Assembly: GCA_012295275.1 (NCBI GenBank)
Contig: CM022665.1
Span: forward strand, 33,604,001-33,668,000
DNA length: 64,000 nt
Source: Chrysomallon squamiferum
Lineage: Eukaryota; Animalia; Mollusca
Reading direction: 5' to 3'
Below the pieces are notes generated by a model. The model was not told the DNA's origin, did no database searches, and worked only from the letters and a program-made list of their open reading frames with translations. Below, piece after piece: positions 26,334-40,265 of the stretch. A program made the translations under genes and the position numbers. Positions within the stretch are counted from its first letter, which is position 1, and every line of letters starts with the position of its first letter.

Positions 26334-27837
26334 ATGAAAGTAGTTTTTCTTCTTTTTCTTGCTGTATGTGTGGTTCTGTTAGACACCAATGTTCAAGGTA
26401 AGTAAGAAATATAAAGCTATGTATCCTATTTTCTTGCAAACGAAATATGTAGTTACAAAGTCTTTTTCATATAATTGTGACGATGCCGTGAAATACTGCT
26501 TTATTTTCTGCGATGAAGAATTTGTATTTTATGGACTACGGCAGGGCCGGTATGTTTTTACGAATTTGTGAAAATGTTTAATTTTGTTTCTAGATAATTA
26601 AATGTAAATACTTACATCATCATTTGAACGCTTTAAATAATAATAATAATAATAATACTTGTTCTAAGTGATGCGCTCACGTTGGCAATGTAGATTTAAT
26701 ATTTAATCGTAGGCAAAGTCAACATAACAAATTCTCTTTTTCTAATCGATAAACGTATCCCTTTCCTTTGAAGATTCTGAATTCACAAACATTTCGTAAC
26801 CAGTCGAAAATTAATTGATGTGTTCGTATTGTTTTTAAAATGTAGCGGGTTTCATTTTGAGAATATGATAACACGTAGTCAATGATTGGAATTTAATCAG
26901 TGTATTCTAACTACATGTATATAGTTAAAATGAAGTCTCCAGCAGAACTAACATATATTTGACATCAGTGAAAAGTGTACAGAAAATTATTACAGTATTT
27001 TAATTTTAGTTAAGCAAAATAAACTTTATATTCTTAGCTCAAGGTCGAGGTAAAACTACAGCAATGAGTCGGCGTGGTGGTAGCCGTGGTATTCTCGGAC
27101 AAGGTGGTCTCCGGAGGAGAGGAGGTCGTAGAATGGGAGGCCGTCGGAGGGGCAATCGTGGTAGACGTGACTACTGGAATGATTGTTACATGGACGGAGG
27201 TCTTAGGTCTGGTGGTTTCGGACAGAACGGCTTTTGGTCAGGCGGCTTTGGACAAGGTGGTTTCGAACAAGGCAGCCTCGGACAAGGTGGTTTTCGACAA
27301 GGTGCTTTTGGACAAGGTGGCTTTGGACAAGGTGGTTTTTTGGGAGGACGAGGTGGACGAAGAGGACGAGGTCGAGGACGATTCTGGCTAGGTCGTTATG
27401 GACAGCGTTGTTATAATCCATGTTGGGTTAGTAATTCTGTGTGAAAAAATATTTTTAGTATTTAATTTTTATTTTTCTTCTTCAGGAAAGAACCCCTCCC
27501 CCCACTACTACACTGTAAACAATGTTCAAAATTTATTTTTGAGTAATAATTAAACATAATTTTTCATGGATTGTTTTTCTGAAAATAAAACAAATATATA
27601 AAATAACATTTTTCATAATGTTTATTTAACCTGTTAAACAGTTTTCACTGGTTTTCGTAAAAAAAAAACCTTGAAATATAAAAATCTTTTTGTTTATTTC
27701 AGAACAAGAGCTGTGGGCCTCTGATGCGTTGCGTACCTCGTGGGCGACGTGGTGTGTGCGTGTGGTTGACAGACAGCTGGTTCCAAGGAAATCAGAACTG
27801 GCCCATTATGTACAGTTCTGACCAGAGTACAGATTAA
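26334..27837 (+). CDS. Array gene copy 3: secreted Gly/Arg-rich protein with GGFGQ repeats and 4-Cys module, 195 aa
   Basis: Exons 26334-26397, 27038-27426 and 27703-27837. The translation reads the same as copy 2. AATAAA lies ~20 nt after the stop. Confidence 0.85.
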
Positions 27838-29336
27838 TTTGTTATTTAAACTTCATAATAAATCGTTTCAAAGGAATAGTCGATTGTTTGTTGTTAATGA
27901 TAATATTAATTAATTCTGAAAACTTGTTAACTTTTAGTCTGTGTTTTGTAGTAAACAGTATGGTTTACCGAAACACATATACATAGATTCACGCTCGCAC
28001 ATAAATGTAGCTTTACTATATACCCAGCTAAAACTCAAAATTCTAGTATGGCTTTGAAATGAGCAAACCAAACACGGATCTGCACCTTTCAGTCGTTACA
28101 GATAAGACAGCTAAATTCCTTTCAGCGCTATAATCAACTAATAATAAAAAAAACATCTGCTAGCTTAACTATCGTGGAAATTGCCACATTAATTATGAGC
28201 AACAGTTACAAAACATGAACTGTCGCACTATATGCGGCAACCTCTTCAGACTGAGGATGATGTGATTAAAACTGCTAATATGAAAAAAGTACACAGTTAG
28301 TTTAACTGTTGTACAAATGAGCAAAATGCAGACAGATTAGACCGTAATTAGCTATTATAATTAGGAATTACACATTATTGTGAACTACAACAGCAAGTAA
28401 TAATAATTATGACAAAAACAACAACAAGAATAATAATAATAATAATAATATTTAGTTGTATTAAAATATTTTTATCATGTAAAAGTTGTGGAACAGTACT
28501 GAGAAAAGGGATAGTCTATTATAGTAAAAGGTGTTATACTTAGCATAACCAAGTTCCTGTTAAGTATTATCATTACTTTGCTCGCAGTCACTTTTATTCA
28601 ACTCGTGTTACATTTTTTTACATGACATTTTTCTTTTTAATTTATCTGTTATTCAGTAACTCTTTGTTTCAAAAAGGCGGCTCGTATCGCATAACGCACC
28701 TAAATCAAAACATGACACAACAGTTTGAATAATGATACGGCTATTGATTAGAGGCTAACAACAATGCAAACACCATACTATACGTTTGTCCCTTTTAGAC
28801 GTTCTGTTTTTACCTCTTACGACGTCTTTCTGTACTATACATTTGTTTTATCATACAGTAAATAAACAGAGTGGGAACTATGGGTTCTTGCTGGGGGTCG
28901 CTATGCATTAACTGTCACACTCGATCAGCTTTTCGTCTGTGATTCATTGCCCATTCATTCACTTGGTCACCACCAGCACCTCCCCCTTTACGACGTTTCG
29001 GATTTCGAGCATGGGCAAGCAACGGCATGTGTGTTTCTATTTGTGACGTTAGATCATCTTGGAGAGAAATGAGAGAGACGACCATTAAGAAAGAATAAAT
29101 AACGCAATAACAGCGGTTAACTTGTATTTGGAATAAAACAAATAGGAATACATTCTTAGAGTGCATATTTGTTGAAAATGTTTGGATTAGTAATCTATGG
29201 AGAAATAACATTAAGTTAAATAACAATGAGTTCGTTGCCAGAAAACTCAGGTGCTGGTACTACGACTACAACATTTGTTCCCCTTGACGTTTTGGTGAGT
29301 TTCCCTGTTTTACCACACCGGTTGCTAAGTAGAAAT

Positions 29337-29439
<103 letters not shown>

Positions 29440-29759
29440 CTTATCTTTGGTGTATCTCTCTGTCAGACTGTTTTGCTAGCATACCTGCCTCTGTGTGGGT
29501 GTGCCTGTGCCTGTGTGTCTATTTGTAACCCTGCAATATGTATTATATATGTAACTACAGCATTGGTTCATTTTGTTCTGGTGGTTCATAAATGCCATCT
29601 CTTCTGTTCAAACTTCTGTTAGAGACGTAAATTTGTTGCAGAAATATGTGCTAATATGTTTCATTCAGAATTGATGTGGTGGTGGCAGGTCTGAGAATTT
29701 GTTATTGCTTCGATTTAATTATTATTATTATTATTCTTACAACACTCTGTTACTACTTT

Positions 29760-29790
<31 letters not shown>

Positions 29791-30820
29791 CCACTATTTT
29801 ATTACTTCATTATTACTGTTTTTAGTATTGTCATTTCAAAATGAAGTGACATATTTATATATCTTTTCCAAAATCGTTCCTGAATGTAGACGCAAACTGT
29901 CAGGTATTAACAGCTCGTAAATTCTTTTATATTTATTTAAATATTTGTTTAAGAATTTCTATGTCGGGTAAACCTGTAAACTAAATACTTACTGAGTTGC
30001 GACACTATTAAATAAGGCTACCTACGCGTGAATACAGATAAATCTTTTATTTTCAAACAATGGACTTCACGGTCCACACGGTATAAGTGCACCCCGACAC
30101 CCTCTTATCTCTGGATACGAGTCTTAGCAGAGAAAATCAAAACAACTGATAAGTCATATATCATATACTCAAAACCACTAAGTGATTATAATTATTCTGA
30201 GTCATACATTTTATAAATGTTACGTGATTAATGGTTTTCAGATAATAACAGTACATTTTATAAAGACAACTTTACATTTCCTTGCATTATTAGAAGAAAT
30301 CCTATTTAAAAGCCAATTTTTATTCTGTTAATATTGTAGAGGTAAATTTGTTGTGAATGATACAATCTCTGCAGAGATTTTGGTCTCGGATGAGGTTTAT
30401 GCTGCAGAGATTAAATAAATAACGGTAAAGGCGGATTTCGATGTGGATTTCATGGAACAAAGTTGAGATTTTCTGGATCATAAGCCTGGCCGCCGTTACC
30501 ATGTTAATTACATTTAGAGCTTATGTAAAGATTACAGCAAGACGGCTGTTGAAAACTGACATATACAGATGTTATATGTAATGTACCAGTCAGAATGAGA
30601 AATAACGTATGTATGATGAAATAAAGTATGAATGAATGAAAAATAATTTCGGAGAAAAGAAAATTTATCCAGGCATCCAATGTGGTATGAAAAATGTCTG
30701 TATGTGTTTGGTGGTAAGTATGTAGTAACACACATATATATACTTATGTACATATGAATGTGTCTCCGTGTTTATATCTATGTGTGTATGCGTGCGTGTG
30801 CGTGCGTGCGAGTGTGTATT

Positions 30821-30883
<63 letters not shown>

Positions 30884-31380
30884 ATGGAATAGCCTTATAA
30901 ACAATCAATTTTAATCTCATAGAGAAATTCGTAAAAGGAAAAATAAAATAATTAACATACTTCCAACCATTACCGTTAGCAAATAATATTTTTTTAAATA
31001 ACTTTGTTCAGACGTCTGTGCACATGCGATACATTATTTCACACAATATTTTCTACACATGGGTATGTGTGTGTGTGTCTGGTTATACGGCAATATTAAC
31101 AAACATTGTTAATTCTAGTAACATTGCTTATATTTTCACCCCATGTCAGGGGATTAAGTATAACAAAAGAGAGCGTACACTGTACTGGTTAAGGTGGCTT
31201 GGTTTATGCCTGTCAGATCAAATATTTCTCACTCCAGTCAACACGATTAAGAATGTTCTCTAATTCTGAAACTGGTCCATATTCCTCACAACTTGATAAA
31301 GTTCATTTTCTTTAGAAACGTTTTTTACAGACTGTTATCTTTGATTCTTCGAAATATACCATCTTCTCTTTTAATGATAG

Positions 31381-31720
31381 ATCATCTTTTATGTTTGTTT
31401 ATGTAACACCATATTTCATATTAGTTCATGCAAGACTATATTTTATGTTTGTTCATGTGAGACCTCGCTTTTTTTTGTTTATGGTAGGCCATATTTTAAA
31501 TTAGTTTGTGATAATATGAAAACACTGATGTTTATGGGAGACCATGTTGTTTGTTCATGCAAGACCGTATTTCTATTTACGTAAAACCATATTTCTTTCT
31601 CTCGTTTTTTTTTTTTTTTTTTCTTATGCAAGACCTTCATTTATAATTTTTATGGAACACTATCTCTTAAGTTTGCGACATATTTTATGTTTGTTTATGT
31701 GAGACCATATGTTATGCATG
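31381..31720. repeat. Degenerate minisatellite, unit ~27 bp (approx. ATATTTTATGTTTGTTYATGYRAGACC)
   Basis: Recurrent variants: tgtttgtttatgtaacaccatat, tagttcatgcaagactatat, tgtttgttcatgtgagacc, tgtttgttcatgcaagacc, tgtttgtttatgtgagaccatat. Confidence 0.7.
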
Positions 31721-32320
31721 TTTGTCATAGGCAGATTTTTGTTAGTAGACAGTTGTTTGGGGTTTTTTTAATTTTATTTTATATATTTGTTTGTGATAAT
31801 CTTTTCATACTTGTTGTAACAAACTGTTCGTGAGAGATACTTTAGTTGTTTGTTCCATTGTTTGTTATTATTTATTATTAGTGTTATTGTTCTTATTGTT
31901 GTTGTTGTTGTTACTGTTGTAATTGTTTGCTTATTTGAAATGTAAATAGAGATTATTTGAATATAAAATTATTTTCACTTACATTTCATTTTTTCTAAGT
32001 GATAATATTTTCTGTTTATGGTGATGTTTATAGCACTTTGTTTTTTCCTTATTGATTTGTTAAAATTTTAAATGAATACTTTCTTTTCTAAGGTAATTAT
32101 TTACTGAAAAATATTTGTTTATATATTATGGCTGTAGCAAAATAAATATTTATTAATTTCTTCGAAGATGTTATTTAAGTGAAATAATTAGTTAGAAAGA
32201 CTAGTGCACAAAATAAAAATGCAAACATAAACTAGTATACACCATTCCTTGTAGATTATGCATAATTATATTAATTCCATAAATATTTTCTTCAAAAAAT
32301 ACAACAACAACAACAACAAC

Positions 32321-32352
<32 letters not shown>

Positions 32353-34430
32353 AATAAATAAATAAATAAATACAAATTACGTTTGTTTGTTTCATTGTTT
32401 ACTGTTACCTAATTAGTTCCAACATTTTGTTGTCATCAGCTTCATCATTTATTATTAAGTTTTAAATTTCGTTTTTTATCTGTCAAACTATTGATAAAAC
32501 ATGTCTAACCTGACTGCTACAGTTTATTTTTCTCTTCCGTTCTCTCATAACCCCATGTCGTTAAAAAGGTCATTCTCTAGCCTCGTGCTGTTTGTTTTGA
32601 TAACGATCTTCGTCAAGAGGGCTGCTCGATCTAAGAACCAGTCCATAAATCTCCACCATTTAACTAAAGATTAACCGTTGTACATTTGATACCAGTAATA
32701 CACGCAGTTTATATATCTAAACTCATTTAAAGTACAGACACATTCATCACGGACCCACACTCTGCCGTTGCAGATACTTGAGTCCAGAACAATCTTAATT
32801 TTTTAGGCCCACTGAAAAAAACCATGACTTCTTAATGAATTGATTTTAAAATATCTGGTATTTCGGATAAGTGCATGAAGCTGTAAGTCCTGTTTGCAAA
32901 CTCTTGTTCCGTGTTTGAAATAAAGCAACTCTTCATAAACTATATTTTAAGTATAAGCTATAATTACGTATTTGAAGATAACTAACTAGGCACAGTTGTT
33001 ATGAGGATATAGGCCTGTACGTTTAACCGTAGTGCTTGGAGGCTGGGTGAAGTTCCGTGTTTTGAAGGTTGGAAACCAGTGTTAAATGTTTAAAGAAACA
33101 AACTTCCGCGTTTTGAAGATAAATAATCAAACATAAATAATATTAAGGATCAAATCATATGTAAAAAATAGCTATTACAAAGTGGTGTTTTCCTCAGCTA
33201 ACCACTGTTTGCGTTATGGCTCTGATTTCCTTTACATAAACAAAAAAAACAACAGTGTTTTTGTTCATAACAGCCGTACTTCACACCTCTTGTTCTGAGC
33301 AAAACCACAACAAAAACGTATTTTATTTATTTATTTATATGTGTGTGTTTGTGTGTTCATAAAATTAAAAAATTATTCTTTCTGTAAAAAAGAAAACAAA
33401 ACACCTGAAATCAGTTTTGGAATATTTTAGTTGTGATCAAATTTAAAATATGCAGAACAAGGATGTGTGTGTGTGTGTGTTACTGTATATGTTTATGCGA
33501 ATATTTGTGCGTGTGTGTTTTAAAACTTGTTAATTTTAATTAATTGATTTATTCATTCATTCATTTAATACAGTTGTTACAGCGATAGTTTTATATTCTT
33601 TATACTAGGTGTGCTTATTAATAATTAATAAAGAAAATGGATTACATTTTCATATCTCCATTCAATTTACAATCCTTCCTGCTGAAACATAAATGATTTT
33701 AATGAACACGAGATTTAGCGTGATGCAGTAAATAATAAAACTGATTAAAAGCTGAGGAAATTATAATGGCAAATAAAACTCAACAATCGATATGTATGTG
33801 GTAACCACTCTTTGGTACCATTTAGTGTAACGATTCGGTTTATATGCCACGTACTGACAACAAGTTAACTGTAAAATACGAAATACGTATTTCAAAACAA
33901 TGTCGTAAGACCAGAAATATTAATTTCATTTAAAATGATAATTATATATCGATGGGATAGCGGCAGTAATGATGGTTTGTGTGTGCGTGTGTGTGTGCTG
34001 TGTTTTTGAACGCACTATATTTCTTTTTTCTTTCATTCTTTTTCTTTTTTTTTTTTTTTTTTTTTTTTTCTTTTTGGTTTTAAATTTCATTAATATTATT
34101 ATTTTTAATCATTACTCTAATTAGTATTATGATTTCAAAAGAAATACAAAACTGTCTTTAAATGTATTGGGCCATAGAGAACAAGACACGAAAACAGTGA
34201 GTTTTGAAATATAATCAAATAGTTTATAATTAAGAAGGACATGTACGTGTACACTGTAAGTCAGATGAAAACCGCGGTATGGATTCCAATCACTTTTATT
34301 GCTTATTCTTCAGATTTATATTATTAAGAAGTTTTTCAACCTCACTTTAATGCCAAAATACATGCATTATTTTAAAACTATCTCATTTTTCTTTATAAAT
34401 AAATTTAGCATTTAATTTGTTATACTTCAG

Positions 34431-34869
34431 GATGAAACGGAAGAAGAAACACTCTTGGAACTTGAAGAGGCTCGTAATAGTTCACCTCGGATATCATCGC
34501 GAATTCCCGTACAAAGTTCGCGTGCTACACTTTCTCGAACTCCTATTGGTCAGCGTTCTGGCTCTCCTCTGTTCCAGGAAAATGACAGTTTTTTAATAAC
34601 TGAATTAAAAGATACTCCCGAGGAAGAGCATATTGAAGGGGAAACTACCGAACGAGAAGGGGAGTTAAGAGAAAGAGACAGCTTAGCAACCCCTGAATCA
34701 CAAGAAGATGAAGGGGAGAAAGAGCAAACAAACGATGATATCATAAACAAAGTTACTATAGAAACTGTAGATGTGGAACTGAAAGACGACGATTATGACA
34801 CAGATCTCGAAAATGAATGTAAATATATACAGTATTTATATCTCTTTGGTTGTAAGGAAAAAGTCACAT

Positions 34870-34951
<82 letters not shown>

Positions 34952-37900
34952 AAAAATGATATATTTTTTTAATTATTATAATTATTTTCCTTTCCTTTAC
35001 ATCACTGCTTCTTCTTTTTCAGTAACTATTATACTTTAAACTTTGTTGTTAGAATGCAATTGCCAGTACAAAGGATTTGTTGCATTTTTACAATACCTTT
35101 TGTGACTTATTTCGTGTTTCTGGGTGGTTTTTTTTTGTTTTTGTTTTGTGTGGGTTTTTTAAAATATTATTACAGCAATATTTTCTCAGTTATCAAAATC
35201 ATGTGAAGTGCATGTTTCAGTCTTATTGCCTCTCTGAATTCATTATTAATTATAGTTCAAGAAGACGAAGATGACCCTACCAAGTGTCTTTACGCTAAAG
35301 TCTGTGATCATCTGGGAATAACACCAGTGTCGTACTTCTTACGCCACATCCACGACAAACACATTATCATGAGATATCACAATCTGGCACCAGAGGAGGT
35401 CAAGGCCATTGCACTCGTATTAAAAGTACATCTCCAAGCTAATTTATTTTCACTGATATTCGTTTTTTAAAAAACTTTCTGGTTTAGTTAACTGTAATTC
35501 AATTACAAATGTAAATACTTATATACGTCTGTACATAGATATCTTTGCCTGTTTCGCCTTAAAGAAACAGATTAAATAGATTTTATACATTTCCAGGATA
35601 CGGTTCATGTTGAATCGTTAAACATTTCTGGAAACTGGATCAAGGATGAGGGCGGTTATGCGATATCCAGGATGCTGGAAGAGAATGATTACCTTACAGA
35701 AGTGGTAAACCTAATAATGTTTGAGTATACTATTGACTTTTTAAGAACACTTACATACGAGTATCATTTGATATCTTATATCGTATATATGAAGTATGGC
35801 ATCGGAGATGACCCGGGAATAACCTGGATTTCATGATTTTCACGTTTTCTGGGCAAAGGCTTTATATTTTCGTAGAATATGAAATAAATAATGAAAACTA
35901 AAGAACGAAACTATATTTAGCAGAAACAAATTAAAAATGCAACCAGGAAAAGTATATAAATGGTCTTGTACATGTACTAGTATTCATTTATCGATTTAAT
36001 CTGTATTAAAATCTAATTATAACGAAACACACACATCTTGGTCTATCGAAAAGAAATTATATGAAATCATCAGCAGGAATAAAAAAATGCGCATATTATT
36101 CTGTTAAGAGCGTCTACATTTTAAGAAATAAATTAAAAATATATATCTTTGCTAAACATTTCGTATCGTTTTAATATTTTGCAATAATATATTCTAGGGA
36201 TTGGCAGACAATAAAATGAGTAACGAAAGCGCTCGATATATATGTCGAATGCTTAATGTTAATGCTGGTTTAAGAAAACTTGATTTGTCAGGTAAGTTAT
36301 TTAATTGAATATATTCCAAGTGAAACAATACTATAAATTCAGTCATACTGTAAGAGATCATTAACTGATGAGTAATCAGAAATTCACATATTCATCAAAT
36401 CGTAATCCATTAAGATATTAGTAACATTTATTTTCCATTTAGTGATTAATGGATATAAAACAGTAAAAGAAATATTTAGTGTTTGAAACAAATGAATAAA
36501 ACTTTTTAATGAATATCTTTAATTCAGTAAATAATGCATATAATGGTGTATTTATTGGTTTTAAATGTCATTTAAAAATGTCGCAAATTAATACACATAA
36601 GTTTCTTTTTTATTAACTAATGAATACTGTGTTTTGTTGACTAAAGTTAAATTAATATATATATATATATATATATATTAATTTACTTACTGATATATAT
36701 ATATATATATATATAAAATCAGGAAATGATTTCGACGATGCGGTAGCAGAACAGTTTGCTGATGTTTTAGAGGTATATTTCATGTTGGTAAATTTATCAC
36801 ACACTTATTTTGGTTTTTAATTTTTAAACAGAATATAAATCAATTTATCTACGTTACCGTATGTTAATATAGATATTCTTTTTTCGCAAATATTTAAGTA
36901 AATTATGTTTAAACTTCTATATTTATCGTTTATATGAAAATATGAAAATTAAATGTTTTTCATATAATTACTGATCAAATCTTAATTAAATTCATTTTAA
37001 ATGTATTTCAAATTTGTTTCCTAATTTAGCAAGTTTAACTTAATATTTCATGGAGTCACTATTTTTTCAGAATAACAAAAATCTGAGGGATCTGAATTTA
37101 AGCAAAAATAAATTTGGCCCACTTGCAGGAGAAATATTTGGTCCTGCTGTTGGTAAGTACATTACTATAAACAAAACATACACATTTAAACTCATTCTAG
37201 TGATAAACTGAACATAACAGTGAAGTGAAAACACAAACAAAATTAATTTTTGGGTGAGACAAATCATGTGTTTGATAAAAATAACAATACATTTGATATT
37301 TCAGGTTCTAATGATGTACTCGATGTCCTTGATCTCAGTTGGAATCATCTACGCCAAAAAGGAGCAATTTGTGTTGCAAAAGGCATCAAAGTATGATATT
37401 TGTATATATGAATGTGTATTTTTTTTTTTTTTTTTTTTTTTTTGGGTGGGGTTTGTTTTCTTAATAGTAAATAGAGATACAACTTGTGGACAGAAACTAA
37501 TAGTAGTTCATATACTGAAGAAGCAAAATTAGGCATCGTGTAATATTTTCAGGTTTTAACGAATAATAGGCCAATATATATTTTTGAAGATCGATTTGCT
37601 TGTATTTATTTTGTTTCTTTTAATAGGAAAACATGCGCTTAAAGGTTTGTCGACTTTCCTGGAACGGGTTTGGAACTGAAGGAGGTCTCGCTCTGGCTGA
37701 AGCTTTGTCGTCACATGAGTCACTTCTTGAACTCGACATCAGCGGAAACAGACTGACTCTTCCAGTAGCAAACAAGATGGCGCAAGCGCTTTCTACCAAT
37801 GATACACTAAAGACATTGAGAGTACGCAACAATGCATTAAATGTATATGTGTATATGTGTGTTTGTGTGTGTGTGTGAGTATGTGTGAGGGTATTGTGGC

Positions 37901-40265
37901 GGGGTGTGTGAAAATTACTCTATTTGCTTTCTTGTATGTTCTTGAGTGGACGTCTCTATATTCTTTTAATCAAAGGCAAAATATGAAAAGAAGTTTCTGA
38001 TTTGGTATTACCAAAAGATTATGTTACTTCATCCGACAATGCACATGTTTATTATTTCTGTGTTTTATTAAGATGGGCAACAACCTGATAACAACAGCAG
38101 GCGCTGTAGCTCTTGTCACAGCAGTACACAATTCTGAGACCAGTGAGATGGAAACTCTCGATCTAACGGTATGACAGTCGAAGCTTTATAAATAAATTTA
38201 TTAAGCTAAACCAGACCTCTGTAACTAATTATCTGTATTCAATAAAGATAACAACTTTTTATGTGTATATTAGGCGAGCTACACAGAGGATGAATGAGAA
38301 AGAAAAAAACCCACACACACACAAAAAAAAGAAGAAATTTATTACTTTATAATTAGTTTATATGTATGAATTTTCCGGGACACGGGAAGGTGCATACAAA
38401 CCGATTCTTTCAGCTAATTGACAAGATGTAATCGTTACACGAATAACTACACATCTGACAATATTTTATAATCGTTAATAATAAATGTGTTGATGTGTGA
38501 AAAACAGATAAACCATGATTTATATCGTGACCGGCATCTGTACATGACTTTTTAAGATAACAGAATAATAGAATCTAAAAATAAAAACATATTAAATTAA
38601 TGGGATAAAAATTTATTATATAAATAACAATTACATGCTAGTTTTTATTATTATTAATATTATTGTTATTATTATTGTCTTTATTATTACTGTTATTGTT
38701 GTTGTTGTTACTATTATGAGTATTAGTATTAGTTTTTTATTTATTTATTTATTTATTTATTTATTATTAAATGTATGTTTCTCCTGTCTGCAGGACGTTC
38801 CTGTTGAGTTCGAATTTCTGCGTGTAACTGAAGATATTAAATTAAAAAAGCCAGGATTTACAGTCGTTCATGGACCCGTCATGAGATCGGGAAATACCTT
38901 GGACGATATCGGCAAAACAGCCATAGACCCATTTCAAAAGAACAAAGAACCTGTGGTTATTCTACAGGAACATATCGTCGTCAATGATATGCGTCTAATA
39001 GACATCTTAAAACGATACGATAGTGACAACAAATACAGTGTGACGCCTGAACAGTTTCTCGTTGCTTTAGACGTAAGTCGTCTTCTTTATAAAGGGGCGG
39101 TTCTACTATCTGAGGAAATATTAGCTGGGAAGGGGAGTCAGTATTGTGGTGGGGGTTTATCTTTAATGATGAAATGACTACGTAAATCGTTATATATACT
39201 GATGAACCAAAAATAGGTTGTCTCTGGATCCGTATAATTATGTTTTAAATGATATATCAGATACTAATGTGATTAATTTTATTCGGTTCTTCTTTTCATT
39301 TTTATATTATTTTTCCTTCTTCGTCGGTATCATCATCATCACCATTATCATTTTCATAATCTTGTGAAAGATGCTGAATGCAGCAATATCAAAAATTAAA
39401 TTAAATTTTAGGAACTAGCTGTTCCTTACAATAGACCGAAACTTGAAGAAGCTGTGGAAAGACTTGCAAAAGATCAGTCTGGCAGAATATATTTTGGGTA
39501 AGCTGTTTATCTATTTTTGATGATGAGGTGAAGGTTTATTGTTCTTTCTTTTTCTTCAGATTTATATGCATTGTGTACGTGTGTATATGTTTATATGTGT
39601 ATGTGTGTATGTTGTTCCTGCAATCACTGTAGGTAATGACAATATAAAATGACTAGATAAATTTCAAAACTTTTGGTCATTGACCAAAAATATAGCTTTT
39701 TGTACGGTATTATTTGTATTTTTATAAATTATTTGTTATTTACATGTTATTTATATTGTTCGAAGTTACTTCTTTAGTGTTTAATTGTTGGCTTTGATCT
39801 TAAAACACCATTTTTCAATTTGAAAAATAACGATTAAAATTTTATTTAAGAACTATTTTGCTTAGATGTAAAGGTTTTTGATTAGAGAGAGATGTATGGA
39901 AAAAGAAAAAAACCAGTTAATTTGAAAAAAACGCAGCATGATAAAGCTGATATCTCAAGACTGTAACCATTTATATACAAAATTATGTATAAATGTGTAT
40001 GTGTCTCTCTTTTTTGTGGTTTGCGTGTGCATGCATGTGTATGTATTTGTAGTAAGTAAACAGAAACCTATGCAAATACTATAAATATTGCACATGCACA
40101 GAAACCTACGTAGTTATATACATATAAAATACACGCACACAAACACTTTCATAATATATTTACTTATTCAAAACTAGTAAATATTTTGTTTCAAATTTCA
40201 GAGGTTATACCAATTTGGAAGGAACTCAACAAGAAAATGAACAAGAAACGAACGAACAGATATAG
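34431..40265 (+). CDS. LRRC74A: LRRC74A/B-like leucine-rich repeat protein (acidic N-terminus, RNI-like LRRs, degenerate EF-hand C-terminus)
   Basis: Phase-consistent GT-AG exons: 34431-34818, 35256-35425 (YAKVCDHLGITPVSYFLRHI...HNLAPEEVKAIA, an LRRC74 hallmark), 35597-35704, 36198-36291, 36723-36772, 37071-37152, 37305-37390 (LDLSWNHLRQKGA), 37627-37821, 38073-38168, 38794-39072, 39412-39497 and 40202-40265 (last exon less certain). A possible start exon is ATGAAAACCGCG|gt at 34265-34276. Confidence 0.85.

Larger units (their letters stand above)
7071..27903 (+). repeat. Tandem segmental duplication: ~6.76-kb unit, about 3.1 units, near-identical
   Basis: Identical ORFs recur at 13541/20300/27064 (spacings 6759 and 6764). 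Exon-2 ends lie at 7148/13903/20662/27426. Visible differences are mostly microsatellite and homopolymer lengths. Confidence 0.97.

Noticed and set aside
32555-32674. Short + strand ORF MSLKRSFSSLVLFVLITIFVKRAARS... resembling a signal peptide
   Set aside because: Only 39 aa, with no clear donor linking it to further exons.
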